Origin: an uncultured Actinomycetota bacterium
GTDB taxonomy: Bacteria; Actinomycetota; Actinomycetes; Actinomycetales; Dermatophilaceae
NCBI GenBank assembly: GCA_963752445.1
Contig: CAVVYI010000027.1
Location: 7,180 to 71,179 of the forward strand
Direction: 5' to 3'
DNA: 64,000 nt
The number at the start of each line of letters is the position of its first letter. Position 1 is the first letter of the stretch. Positions 39,499 to 49,854 of the stretch are shown in pieces. The notes under the pieces were generated by a model. It saw only the letters and a list, made by a program, of their open reading frames with translations, did no database searches and was not told the DNA's origin. The translations under genes were made by a program, and so were the position numbers.

Positions 39499-39532
39499 CA
39501 CCTCGACCGGGCGGTCCGGTACTGGTCCTTGG

Positions 39533-40290
39533 TCAGGGTCGCAGGGAGGCCCGCAGGTCGTCGGGCAGCAGCAGGGCCCGGCCGATGAGCCGCTCGGCGA
39601 CGACGGCCGTCATGGTCTGGGCGGCCATGATGCCGACGAGGACGAGCACCTGCGCGGCGGCTGCCTGGGCCGGAGTGCCTCCGCCGAGGAGCACCCCGAT
39701 GAAGGCCCCCGGCAGGGTGACGACCCCGGCCGTGCGCACCTGGTCCAGGCCCGGCACGAGCGCCTCGGGCACCCGCGGTGGACGACCTCCTCGACCGCCT
39801 GGGCGCGGGTCAGCCCGAGCGAGAGCGCCGCCTCGTACTGGCCGTGCTCCTCGCGCAGGGCCGCGAAGGCGCGGCGACAGGTCAGGGTGTGCCCGTTCAT
39901 CGTGTTGCCGGCGATGATGCCGACGACGGGGACGAGGGCCAGCCCGGTCGGCGGGACGGTGCGGGTCGCGAGGACGACGACGACGACCGGCAGCAGCCCG
40001 GCGAGCATCGCCACGGTCGCCCACGGCCAGGCCGCCCGCGCCTCGACCCGCCGCACCGTCGTGAGACGGCGACGGTGAACATGCACGACGAGCAGCACGA
40101 CGGAGAGGGGCAGCGAGCGCACGACGGCGGTGATGACGAGCGCCGCGACGCCCAGCTGGCCGATGGCGCGGGCCATGGCGAGCACCGGGGAGGCCGGGCG
40201 CGGCAGCCGGCCGAGGACGTAGACCGCCACGGTGACCCCGAGCAGCAGGACGACCGCGAGGGCGACGGGGAGGCCGGGGTCGATCGTCAC
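39533..40290 (-). CDS. UPF0014/FetB(YbbM)-like ABC permease (apparent indels)
   Basis: RAIGQL, GIIAGNTM, YEAALSLG, ALVPGLDQVRTAGVVTLPGAFIG and AAAAQVLV. Confidence 0.82.
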
Positions 40291-40341
40291 GGCCGCAGCC
40301 TAGGGCCGGGCGCCGACCGCGGATTTCGCTCGGGCCGGGCC

Positions 40342-40513
40342 CCTCTGGCAGACTGGGTCGCTGCGTCCCGCCGAACAACGGCCCCCGCCACAGGGGGAGT
40401 GCCCCGGACCCCGGTCCGAGCCCGGCATGAGGCCCGGCGGACGCCGAACGACTCCAGAGCAGCACCGAGAACCGCGGATGACCTGTGGCAGCCCGCGAGA
40501 AAGCGACACCGCC
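40342..40513 (+). promoter_or_regulatory. rplS promoter (extended -10 TGGCAGACT) and structured 5' leader
   Basis: 15-bp identity with the rpsP upstream region. Complementary GCCACAGG (40387-40394) and CCTGTGGC (40482-40489). Confidence 0.55.
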
Positions 40514-40873
40514 ATGCAGCGTTTCGACGAGATCGACAGCGCGTCCATGAAGACCGACATCCCCGACTTCCGGGCCGGCGACACCGTCAACGTCCACGTC
40601 AAGGTCGTCGAGGGCACCCGCTCGCGCATCCAGGTCTTCAAGGGCGTCGTCATCCGGCGCCACGGCGGCGGCGTCGGCGAGACCTTCACCGTCCGCAAGG
40701 TCTCCTTCGGCGTCGGCGTCGAGCGCACCTTCCCGCTCCACACCCCGATCATCGACCACATCGAGGTCGTCACCCGCGGCGACGTCCGCCGCGCGAAGCT
40801 CTACTACCTGCGCGACCTGCGCGGCAAGGCCGCCAAGATCCGCGAGAAGCGCGACACCCCGGCGAACGCCTGA
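40514..40873 (+). CDS. rplS: 50S ribosomal protein L19
   Basis: [30 protein letters not shown] and [10 protein letters not shown]. Confidence 0.98.
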   Translation: MQRFDEIDSASMKTDIPDFRAGDTVNVHVKVVEGTRSRIQVFKGVVIRRHGGGVGETFTVRKVSFGVGVERTFPLHTPIIDHIEVVTRGDVRRAKLYYLRDLRGKAAKIREKRDTPANA

Positions 40874-40931
40874 GCGCCCGCCGGCCACCCGGGGCCGCGG
40901 CCGGCTCTGCCGGCGGGCTACCCTCGACGGA

Positions 40932-41314
40932 GTGACCGCCGCACCCGCCACCGACCCGGTGCCCGCCCCCGCGGCCGCGCCGGGTCGCGGCGTCCCCGGG
41001 GTCGCTCGTCGTCCTCGCCGTCGGGGTCGTCGCTCGCCGCCCTCGTGCGGGGGCTGCTCATCGAGTCCTACCCGTCCCGTCGGCCGCCCACGCGCCGACC
41101 TTCGAGCCAGGAGACCGCGTGCTCGTCCTCAAGACCGACCGCCGCGCCGAGGCGGGTGACCTCGCCCTCGTCGAGACGCCGACGGCGCGCTGCGCCTCGT
41201 GCCGTCCGCCGGACGCCGCGCGCTCCGGTGGCAGGTCGTCGGGTCGGTGGTCTGGCGGTTCTGGCCGCTCGACCGGGTCGGACCGGTCACCGCGACGCGC
41301 GCCGGTCCCCGTGA
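40932..41314 (+). CDS. Short S26 signal-peptidase-like protein (degenerate or error-ridden)
   Basis: [18 protein letters not shown] and [16 protein letters not shown] fragments in different frames. Confidence 0.5.
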
Positions 41315-42110
41315 GCGCCCCCGAGCAGACCCGCGCGGGCGCGCGAGGACCCGTCCGACGACGTCGCCGTCGACGCACGGCGACGCGCCGCGCGGCCGCG
41401 TCGGCTGGTGCTCGGCGCCGCCGTCAAGGAGGTCGCCGCTCGTCCTCGTCATGGCGATGGTGCTCTCCTTCGTCGTCAAGACCTGGCTCCTCCAGGCCTT
41501 CTACATCCCGTCCGGCTCGATGGAGGACACCCTCCTCGTCGGCGACCGGGTCGTCGTCTCGAAGCTGACCCCGGGCCCGATCGACCTGCGCCGCGGCGAC
41601 GTCGTCGTCTTCGAGGACCCGGGTGGCTGGCTCGGCGACGTCGCCGCCGTCGTCGAGCGCACCGGCGTCCGCAAGGCCGTCCACGACGCGCTGGTCTTCG
41701 TCGGCCTGCTGCCGAACGAGTCCGAGGACCACCTCATCAAGCGGGTCATCGGCCTGCCCGGCGACCACGTGGTCTGCTGCGACGCCCAGCGCCGGCTCAC
41801 GGTCAACGGGGTCGCCGCTCGACGAGCCCTACATCAGGCCGGGCGACGTCCCGAGCTCGATGACCTTCGACATCACCGTCCCCGCCGGCCAGCATCTGGG
41901 TCATGGGCGACCACCGCTCCGACAGCGAGGACTCGCGCTTCCACGACCCGTCGGGCAACGGCAGCGACGGTCGGTGCCCATCGCGCGACGTCACCGGGCG
42001 GGCCGTCGCCGTCGTGTGGCCGTTCTCCCGCTTCGGCTGGCTCTCCGACTACCCGCGACGTCACCGTGGTCCCGGCCCGGGCGTCGCCCGCCCCGCCGAC
42101 TCGCCGGGCG
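41311..42110 (+). CDS. lepB: Signal peptidase I (rplS-linked; end approximate)
   Basis: [23 protein letters not shown] and [14 protein letters not shown]. Confidence 0.9.
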
Positions 42111-42139
42111 CCGTGCGGCGAGGCGCCCGGCCTCCGCCG

Positions 42140-42824
42140 CCGGCTGCGAAGCGCCCGAGCCTGCGCGTCGAGCGGGCGCTCCAGCGGGACGGGCACCGGG
42201 TGCTCGCGGGGATGGACGAGGTCGGTCGCGGCGCGCTCGCCGGTCCGGTCACCGTCGGGGTCGTCGTCATCGACGAGACCTGCCGCATCGGCGCCCCAGG
42301 GCGTCCGCGACTCCAAGCTGCTCCAGCCGCACGCCCGCGAGGCGATGGTCCCGCAGATCGAGCGCTGGGCCCGGTGCCACGCGGTCGGGCACGCCAGCGC
42401 CGCCGAGATCGACGAGGTCGGCATCATCGCCGCCCTGCGGCTCGCCGGGACCCGCGCGCTGGCCGCGCTGCGGCGTGCGCCCCGACCTCGTCATCCTCGA
42501 CGGCAACCACGACTGGCTCACCGCGCCGGAGGACGTCGGGCTGCTCGCGTTCGCGCACGAGGAGGCCGTGCCACCCCGCCGGTCACGACGATGGTCAAGG
42601 CCGACCTGCAGGTGCTCCTCGGTGGCGGCGGCCAGCGTGCTGGCCAAGGTGACCCGCGACCGCATCATGGTCGGGCTCGGCGCCGAGGACGGCGAGCACG
42701 CCGGCTACGGCTGGGTCGGGCAACAAGGGGTACGCCGCGCCCGAGCACCTCGAGGCGCTGCGCGTCCACGGGCCGTCGACGTGGCACCGGCGGTCGTGGC
42801 GGCTGCCCGGGCGATGGACGATGA
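42140..42824 (+). CDS. rnhB: Ribonuclease HII (apparent indels; start approximate)
   Basis: [41 protein letters not shown] and NKGY. Confidence 0.9.
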
Positions 42825-42928
42825 TGGGAGGGCCGATGGTGCAGCGCCGACGGATCCTGGCCACCGACGGAGACCGGGCAGACGGCGGACGACCCGATCC
42901 CGGCCGCCCTGATGCGAGCAGGAGAGCG

Positions 42929-43244
42929 ATGAGCTCGGAGGACCTCGAGAAGTACGAGAGCGAGGCGGAGCTCGCCCTCTACCGCGAGTACCGCGACGTC
43001 GTCGGGCTGTTCAGCCACGTCGTCGAGACCGAGCGGCGCTTCTACCTGTGCAACTCGCGTCGACGTGAAGGTGCGCAGCGACGGCGGCGAGGTGTTCTTC
43101 GACGTGACGATGCACGACGCCTGGGTCTGGGACATCTACCGTCCGGCGCGGTTCGCCAAGACCGTGCGGGTCGTGACGTTCAAGGACGTCAACGTCGAGG
43201 AGCTCGCCAAGAGCGAGCTCGAGCTGCCCAAGGGCGAGTTCTGA
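42929..43244 (+). CDS. DUF2469 family protein (apparent indel)
   Basis: [38 protein letters not shown] and [10 protein letters not shown]. Confidence 0.9.
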
Positions 43245-43349
43245 GGCGCCCGCTGCCCGGACCGCCGGGGCTGGCGAGCTCGGTTCGCGCCGCGGGGTCG
43301 CGCACCGGGCGGCGGGGCGGACGTCGTGCTGCGCCGGACAGGTGCCGCT

Positions 43350-43397
43350 CCGTCGTCCACAGGGGTGCCGCTCGCCCGCCGTCGTCCACAGATCCGG
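43350..43397 (+). promoter_or_regulatory. Tandem CCGTCGTCCACAG motif upstream of yraN-comM-dprA
   Basis: Exact 13-bp direct repeat at 43350-43362 and 43379-43391. Confidence 0.6.
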
Positions 43398-43444
43398 CCG
43401 CGCGGGGTGTCCCGTGCGCCGCGGCCGCCGGTTGGCTCCCACCC

Positions 43445-43837
43445 ATGACGCCCACCACGACCCCGGACGCCCGCCGACCCGACGCGGCTCCGGCTCGGGC
43501 GCTACGGCGAGGCCCTCGCGGCCCGCTACCTGCGCGAACGGGGACTGACCGTGCTCGAGCGCAACTGGCGCTGCGAGCACGGCGAGGTCGACATCGTCGC
43601 CCTCGACGGCGGCTGCCTCGTCGTCTGCGAGGTCAAGACCCGCCGCGGCACCGGCTTCGGCGACCCCGTCGAGGCGGTGACCGTGGCGAAGGCCCTGCGG
43701 CTGCGCCGGCTGGCCGCCGCCTACGCCCGGACCGCACCGGGCCGGCCGGCCGGCCTGCGGGTCGACGTCGTCGGGGTGCTCTGCCGGCCGCGGCCGAGCC
43801 GCCGCGGCTGCGCCACGTCGTCGGGGTGGGGTCGTGA
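43445..43837 (+). CDS. yraN: YraN family nuclease (apparent indels)
   Basis: [28 protein letters not shown] and CEVKTR. Confidence 0.9.
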   Translation: MTPTTTPDARRPDAAPARALRRGPRGPLPARTGTDRARAQLALRARRGRHRRPRRRLPRRLRGQDPPRHRLRRPRRGGDRGEGPAAAPAGRRLRPDRTGPAGRPAGRRRRGALPAAAEPPRLRHVVGVGS

Positions 43838-45392
43838 CCCTCGGGCTCGGGCGCACCCGGTCGGTGGCGCTCACCGGGCTCGACGGCACCCTCGTCGACG
43901 TCGAGGCGCACATCGCCAGGGCCTGCCGTGCTTCATCGTCGGCGGGCTGCCGGACGCCGCGTGCGCGCAGGCCCCGGAGCGGGTGCGGGCGGCCGCCGCC
44001 ACGGCGCGGCCCCCGTCCCGCCGCACCGGGTCACCGTCAACCTCTCGCCGGCCTCGATCCCCAAGCGGGGCTCGGCCTTCGACCTCGCGCATCGCCGTCG
44101 CGGTCCTCGCCGCGGCCGGGGCCATCCGCCCGCGGCTCGTCGAGGACGTCGTCCACCTCGGCGAGCTCGCGCCTCGACGGCCGGCTGCGCGGGGTCCGCG
44201 GCGTCCTGCCGGCGGTGCTCGAGGCCGCGCGGCGCGGGGTGCGGCACGTCGTCGTCCCCGACGAGAACGTCGCCGAGGCCCAGCTCGTCGACCGAGGTCA
44301 TCGTCCACGGCGCCGCGCTCGCTCGCCGAGGTCGTGCGCTGGTACCGCGAGGCCGCGGCAGGGCGCGCCCCTCCCGGTGGCCGAGCCGGCGCCGCCGCGG
44401 CCCGCCGGCCGGGCGGTCGGGCCCCGACCTCGCCGACGTCGTCGGGCAGCACGAGGCCCGGGCGGCCCTCGAGCTCGCCGCGACCGGCGGCCCACCACCT
44501 GCTGCTGACCGGCCCCCGGGGTCGGCAAGACGATGCTCGCCGAGCGGCTCGTGACGATCCTGCCGCCGCTCGGCCGGGAGCGAGGCCCTCGAGGTCCACG
44601 CGGTGCGCTCGCTCGTCGCGCCCGGTCGGCGAGGTCGCCGAGCTCGACCGCACCCCGCCGTTCGTCGCACCGCACCACAGCACCTCGCGTCGCCGCCCTC
44701 GCCGGCGGCGGCTCCGGCGCGGTGCTGCCCGGTGCGGTGTCGCGGGCCCACCACGGCGTGCTCTTCCTCGACGAGGCGCCCGAGTTCCGGTCCTCGGTCC
44801 TGCAGAGCCCTGCGCCAGCCGCTGGAGTCGGGCGAGGTCGTCATCGCCCGGGCCCGCCAGGTCGTGCGCTACCCGGCCCGCTTCCTGCTCGTGCTCGCGG
44901 CCAACCCGTGCCCGTGCGGGCATGGCCTTCGGGCAAGGGGGCGGAGTGCACGTGCGCGCCCTCGAGCATCCGCGCCTACGCCGGCCGCGCTGTCCGGGCC
45001 GCTCCTGGACCGGGTCGACCTGCAGGTGCACGTCCCGCCGGTGCGCCGGGCCGCCTTCGCCGAGGAGGCGCGGCGAGACCAGCGCCGTCGTCGCGGCGCG
45101 GGTGGCGGCCGCCCGGGCGGCCCAGGCCGAGCGCTGGCCGCCGGCGGGTGGGGGGTCAACGGGCTCGTGCCCGGGCCACGTCCTGCGCCGGGCGCCCTGC
45201 CGCCTGCCCGGCCGGCGACCACGGTCGTCGTCGACCGCGCGCTCGACGCCGGCCGGCTCACCCTGCGGGGCTACGACCGGGTGCTGCGGGTCGCCTGGTC
45301 GGCCGCCGACCTCGCGGGGCGCACCGTGCCCTCGCGTGAGGACGTCGCGCGCCGGGCTGGCCCTGCGTCGGGGAGAGGGGGTGGCGGCATGA
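43834..45392 (+). CDS. comM: YifB/ComM Mg-chelatase-like AAA+ ATPase (many apparent indels)
   Basis: [63 protein letters not shown] and [10 protein letters not shown]. Confidence 0.9.
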
Positions 45393-46500
45393 CGGGTCCA
45401 CGCAGCCCGCGCGGGCCCGAGGACCGGTGGGCCCGGGTCGCGCTCTCCTTCCTCGTCGAGCCGGGAACGGCCGACGGTGCGCACGCTCGGTGGCCAACGC
45501 GGCGCCGGCCGCCCTCGCCGCCCTCCGGGCCCGGCGGGCCGGGGCGGCGCCGAGGTGTACGTGCCGGCTCGCCGAGCTCGACCTCGCGGCGCTCGTCGAC
45601 GCCGTCGCGCGAGGGCGTGCGCGTCCTGGTCCCCGGCGACCCCGAGTGGCCCCTGCCGCTCGACCGGCTCCGGCTCCCCGCCGTACTGCCTTTCGTCCGC
45701 GGGGACCCGACCTCGCGGCGCTCACGGACCGTGCGGTGGCGGTCGTCGGGGCGCGCGCGGCGACGGGTACGGGCTGCGGGTGGCCGCCGAGCTCGGGGAG
45801 GGCCTGGCGGCGCGGGGGTGGACCGTCGTGAGCGGGGCGGCCTTCGGCATCGACGCCGCCGCGCACCGGGGCGCCCTCGCCGCCGGGGCCCCACCGTGGC
45901 GGTCCTCGCCTGCGGGCTCGACGTGCGCCTACCCGCGCGCCCACGACGCGCTCTTCGGGCGCGTCGCCGGCTCGGGTGCGGTGGTCAGCGAGGTCCCCCG
46001 GGTCGCCCGTACCGGGGTCGGTTCCTCGCCCGCAACCGGATCATCGCGACTGCTGGCCCGCGGCCACCGTGGTCGTCGAGGCGGGGCTGCGCTCGGGGTC
46101 GCTCGCCACCGCCGCGCGAGGCCGCGGCACCACCTGCCGGTGGGCGCCGTCCCCGGGCCGGTGACCAGCGCGACCTCGGCGGGCTGCCACGAGCTCATCC
46201 GCGAGCGCGGGCCGTCCTCGTCACCGACGCCCCCGACGTCGTCGAGCTCGCCGGGCCGATCGGCGACGACTCCGCACCGCACGCGTGCCCGAGGCCCGCC
46301 CGACGGAGTCCTCCGACCCCGTCGAGTACGCCGTCTGGGCGGCCGCGCCGGTCCGCCGCGGCTGACCGCCGGAGCGGCTGGCCGTCGGTCGCCGGGGTCG
46401 AACCCCTCCGGGTGCCGCGGCGCTCGCGGTCCTCGAGACGCTCGGCTCGTCGAGCGGCCACAGGGGCGGTGGCGCAAGAGCGCCGACGGTCGCAACGCGA
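45389..46500 (+). CDS. dprA: DNA-processing protein DprA (many apparent indels; end approximate)
   Basis: [47 protein letters not shown] and [16 protein letters not shown]. Confidence 0.88.
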
Positions 46501-46620
46501 GGCTGATGCAACCGCGTGCGCGGCCGGCTCGTACGCGCCGGCCCGGCTCACCCGCTGGACCGAACGGGGCCTTTGCGGCGGTTCTCGTTGCGTTGCCGAC
46601 CGCGGTGCGACCGTGTCGAC

Positions 46621-47531
46621 GTGAGTGTCGTGAGCCACGAGGCGGTCTCCGCGTTCGAGCGCCACCTGCGCTCCGAACGCGGTCGGTCCGAGAACACCGT
46701 GCGCGCGTACGCGCGCGACGTCACCGCCTTCCTCGACGGCGCCGGCGGTCGACGACGACGCCGCCCTCCGCTCGGTGACCCTGGCCGACCTGCGGGCCTG
46801 GCTCGGGGCCGTGGCGCGGGGGGCGCGGCCCGCTCGACCTTGGCCCGCACCTCGGCGTCGCTGCGCACCTTCTTCCGCTGGTGCGAGCGCACCGGCCGGG
46901 TCGAGCACGACCCCTCCCTCCGGCTCGGGGCTCCCACGCGGCACCGGACCCTGCCGCCGGTGCTGTCCCAGCGGGACGCGGCCGGCTGCTCGACGTCGCC
47001 GGGGTGGCCGCCGACGACGACGACCCGCTCCACCTGCGCGACCGCGCCGCCGTCGAGGCTCCTCTACGCCACCGGCATCCGCGTCGGCGAGCTCACCGGG
47101 CTGGACCTCGACGACGTCGACCTCGACGACCGCGTGCTCCGGGTCGTCGGCAAGGGCGACAAGGAGCGCCGGGTCCCGTTCGGCGTCCCGGCGCGCGACG
47201 CCGTGCGTGGCTGGCTCGAGCGGGGGCGCCCGCTCCTCGCCACGGCGGCGAGCGGGCCGGCCCTCCTCCTCGGTCGCCGGGGCCGCGGGCCGACCCTCGA
47301 CAGGTCCGCGAGGCCGTGCACCGCCTCCTCGCCCACGTCGCCGACGCACCCGACCTCGGGCCGCACGGCCTGCGGCACAGCGCCGCCACCCACCTGCTGG
47401 AAGGGGGTGCGGACCTGCGGATGGTCCAGGAGCTGCTCGGCCACGCCTCGCTCGCCACGACCCAGATCTACACGCACGTGTCCGTCGACCGCCTCAAGCG
47501 GTCCTACACCCAGGCCCACCCCCGTGCCTGA
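46621..47531 (+). CDS. xerC: Tyrosine recombinase XerC (apparent indels)
   Basis: [49 protein letters not shown] and [15 protein letters not shown]. Syntenic with dprA and rpsB. Confidence 0.9.
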
Positions 47532-47594
47532 GGACCTCCGCCCGGGACGGGCGCGCCGGACCCGCAGCCCGCGGACTCGGGCTACTCGGAGTGG

Positions 47595-48974
47595 GTGTCC
47601 GAGGTGCGTCGGCTGTACGTCGAGCCCAAGACGGTCTCGGAGCTGCAGTACCCACAGGCCGACGCGATGACGAGGGGCACCCACGCGCACCCGCGGTCGG
47701 CTGCCCCGGTTCGGTCGCTCACGGCCGAGGCGGCAGCCGAGCGCCCCGGCGCCGCCGCGCCCCGGGCGACCGGCCTGGCCGAGCTCATCGCCCCGTCGGT
47801 CCCCGCCGCGGAGCCCCGCCGCCGCCTGTCGCGCCGGCGCCAGCGCGGCTCCCGGCGCGAGGCCGGAGCGCGCCGGAGCGCCGCTGCCGGGCACCAAGCC
47901 GAGGACGGGCCTGCGCCCCGTGTGGCCCGAGCCGCCGGTGGAGGCGACGCGGAGCCGGTGCTCGAGGAAGAGGCCGAGGTCGGGCGAGCACAAGCCAAGC
48001 CGGCGATCGGCTGGACCCCGTGTGGACCGAGCCGCCCGTGGAAGACGATGGGGAGCCGGAGCTCGAGGGGGACGTCGAGCTCGAGCCGGAAGCCGTGCGG
48101 ACGCCCGGTGGCCCGAGCCGCCGGTGGAGACGATAAGCCGGAAGCCGATGTCGAGGCGGAGGGCGAGCCCGAGCCGGAGGTCGGCAGGCGGCCTCGGGCC
48201 CGAGCCGCCGGGGGATGCCGAGCCGGAGCCGGTGCTCGAGGCGGAGGTCGTGCCCGAGCCGGAGCTCGAGCCGCCGCCCGTGTGGGCTGAGCCGCCGCGT
48301 GGAGGACCCGACGCCGGAGCCGGCGCTCGAAGCCGAGGCCGAGGTCCTGACCGAGCCCGAGGGGGTGCTGGAGCCCGTTTCGACGGAGCCGCGCGTGGAG
48401 GACGGCGAGCCGGAGCGGGCGCCGGAGCCGGAGGCGGTGCCGAGGACGAGCCCGGCCGGAGCCCGAGCCGGCAACAAGAAGCTCGGGCCGCGGCGTCGTT
48501 CCTGGTGGGACGAGAGCGCCTCGACGATGACGACCTCGACGAGCGGGACGGAAACCCCTGTCGTCGCGGCACCCGAGCCATCGTCCTCGAGGCGGCCAGG
48601 GAGGTCGGGACCCGCCGGCCACCGGCCAGAAGGCCGACCTGCCGCGGCGCGGGGACCGTCACCCGCAGGCCGGCCGGCCAGCACGAGCGGCCGCCCCGCG
48701 CGACCCGGTGCCGGCGACCGCGCCCCCGCGACCTGCCGTCTGCCCGCCGCCGCCCCGCCGGCGGAGCCGGGCCGACCGACCACCCGGGCCGAGGCCCGCG
48801 CCGCCGCGTCGACCCGCTCGTCCGGTCGCGGCCGCCGTCGAGCCCTGGCCGGCCATCGTCGTGCTGCTCGTCGTCATGGCCGCGACCTGGTTCCTCCCCC
48901 GGCCGGACCAGTCCGCGTCGACCGGGCCGACGACCGCGGAGCAGCTTCTGCCGCGGCCGTTCAACCCAACTTGA
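47595..48974 (+). CDS. Hypothetical Pro/Glu-rich repeat protein with C-terminal TM helix (many apparent indels)
   Basis: MSEVRRLYVEPK start, PVW(P/T/A)EPPVE..EPEPVLE repeats, and end WPAIVVLLVVMAATWFLPRP...PFNPT*. Confidence 0.45.
47917..48420 (+). repeat. Six degenerate tandem units of ~85-100 bp
   Basis: CCCGTGTGGCCCGAGCCGCCGGTGGAG-like anchor at about 47917, 48017, 48104, 48192, 48277 and 48374. Confidence 0.7.
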
Positions 48975-49000
48975 CCGTGCCGGCACTCCCGTGCCGCGAC

Positions 49001-49702
49001 TCACGCGCACCGATCCCACCGCGCGGGCCGTCGCCCCAAGGGGCAACAGGCGGACCCGTCCCCCTACGGTCAGCAACGGCCAGGGTCGAGGTAGCCGCCG
49101 TCGCGGCGGGCTCCCAGGTGGAGGCCGAGCGGCCCCCGCAGTGGCGATCCGCGCCGGGCGTGACTGCGCCGCCGGGCGCGCCCGCCTCCGCCCCAAGGAC
49201 GTCGCCGACAGCCACGAGGTCTCCAGCACGCAGCGAGGACCGCACGGGTTCGTAGGTGCTCGGGAGGCCGCCGGTGCTGCACGGTGACCGTGCCGCGTCC
49301 GGCGACGGTGCCGGCGTGCGTCACCCGGCCGGCCTCGACGGCGAGCACCGGCGTGCCGGGAGCGGCGGCGAGGTCGAGCCCCCGGTGGCCGGAACCGTAC
49401 GGCGACGCCGGGGCGACGAAGCGCCGGAGCACGTCGGGCCGGGGCGCGAGCGGCCAGTGCCAGCGGGTGGCGAGCACGGCCCCGGCTGCCGGGCACCCGG
49501 ACGCGGGCCGACGGGAGCACGATCCGGCCGGCCCCGGCGGCTCGTGGGCGCCGGAGGGCGCGGCCGCCCGCAGGGCGTCGACACGAGGCGCGCTCGGCGG
49601 TGGCGCCCCGCCGGGGCCAAGGCACCGATCGCCGCGGCACCGTGGCCGCGGCCACCGAGCGCGGCGGAGGCCAGCGCGACGAGGGCGGTGCCGGGGGGGC
49701 AT
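49001..49702 (-). CDS. M23 family peptidoglycan metallopeptidase (apparent indels; ends approximate)
   Basis: WHWPLAP, PYGSGHRGLDL (HxxxD), AGTVAGRGTVTVQH and LHLGARRDGGYLDP. Confidence 0.82.
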
Positions 49703-49749
49703 CACCTGCCCAGAGCCTGACCCGGGTGCCCGCCGCGCCGGCTCGGGAC

Positions 49750-49794
49750 CCGGAGCTGTGGACGACGCGGCCGCGGCGCGGACCTGTGGACGCC
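49750..49794 (-). promoter_or_regulatory. Tandem G(T/G)CGTCCACAG motif upstream of the M23 gene
   Basis: CTGTGGACGACG at 49756-49767 and CTGTGGACGCC at 49784-49794 on the + strand. Confidence 0.55.
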
Positions 49795-49854
49795 CGCCCC
49801 GCCCCCGACGCCACGCTCCGCCCGCCGCGGCCCCCGGGCGCAGCCGGCCGCGCG

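Noticed and set aside
41199-42824. LepB-RNase HII fusion ORFs
   Set aside because: These arise from several indels in a noisy region. The two are normally adjacent separate genes.
43350-43391. DnaA-box-like pair as a replication origin
   Set aside because: There are only two boxes, no AT-rich unwinding element and no dnaA/dnaN nearby. It is kept only as a candidate regulatory motif.
46621-47531. Tyrosine recombinase as a prophage or island integrase
   Set aside because: It has XerC-type motifs in the usual dprA-xerC-M23-rpsB context, and I saw no att sites, tRNA or phage genes.
47917-48420. CRISPR-like periodic repeat
   Set aside because: The repeats are degenerate, the intervening sequences resemble each other and encode similar peptides, and no cas genes are present. 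This is a coding repeat.
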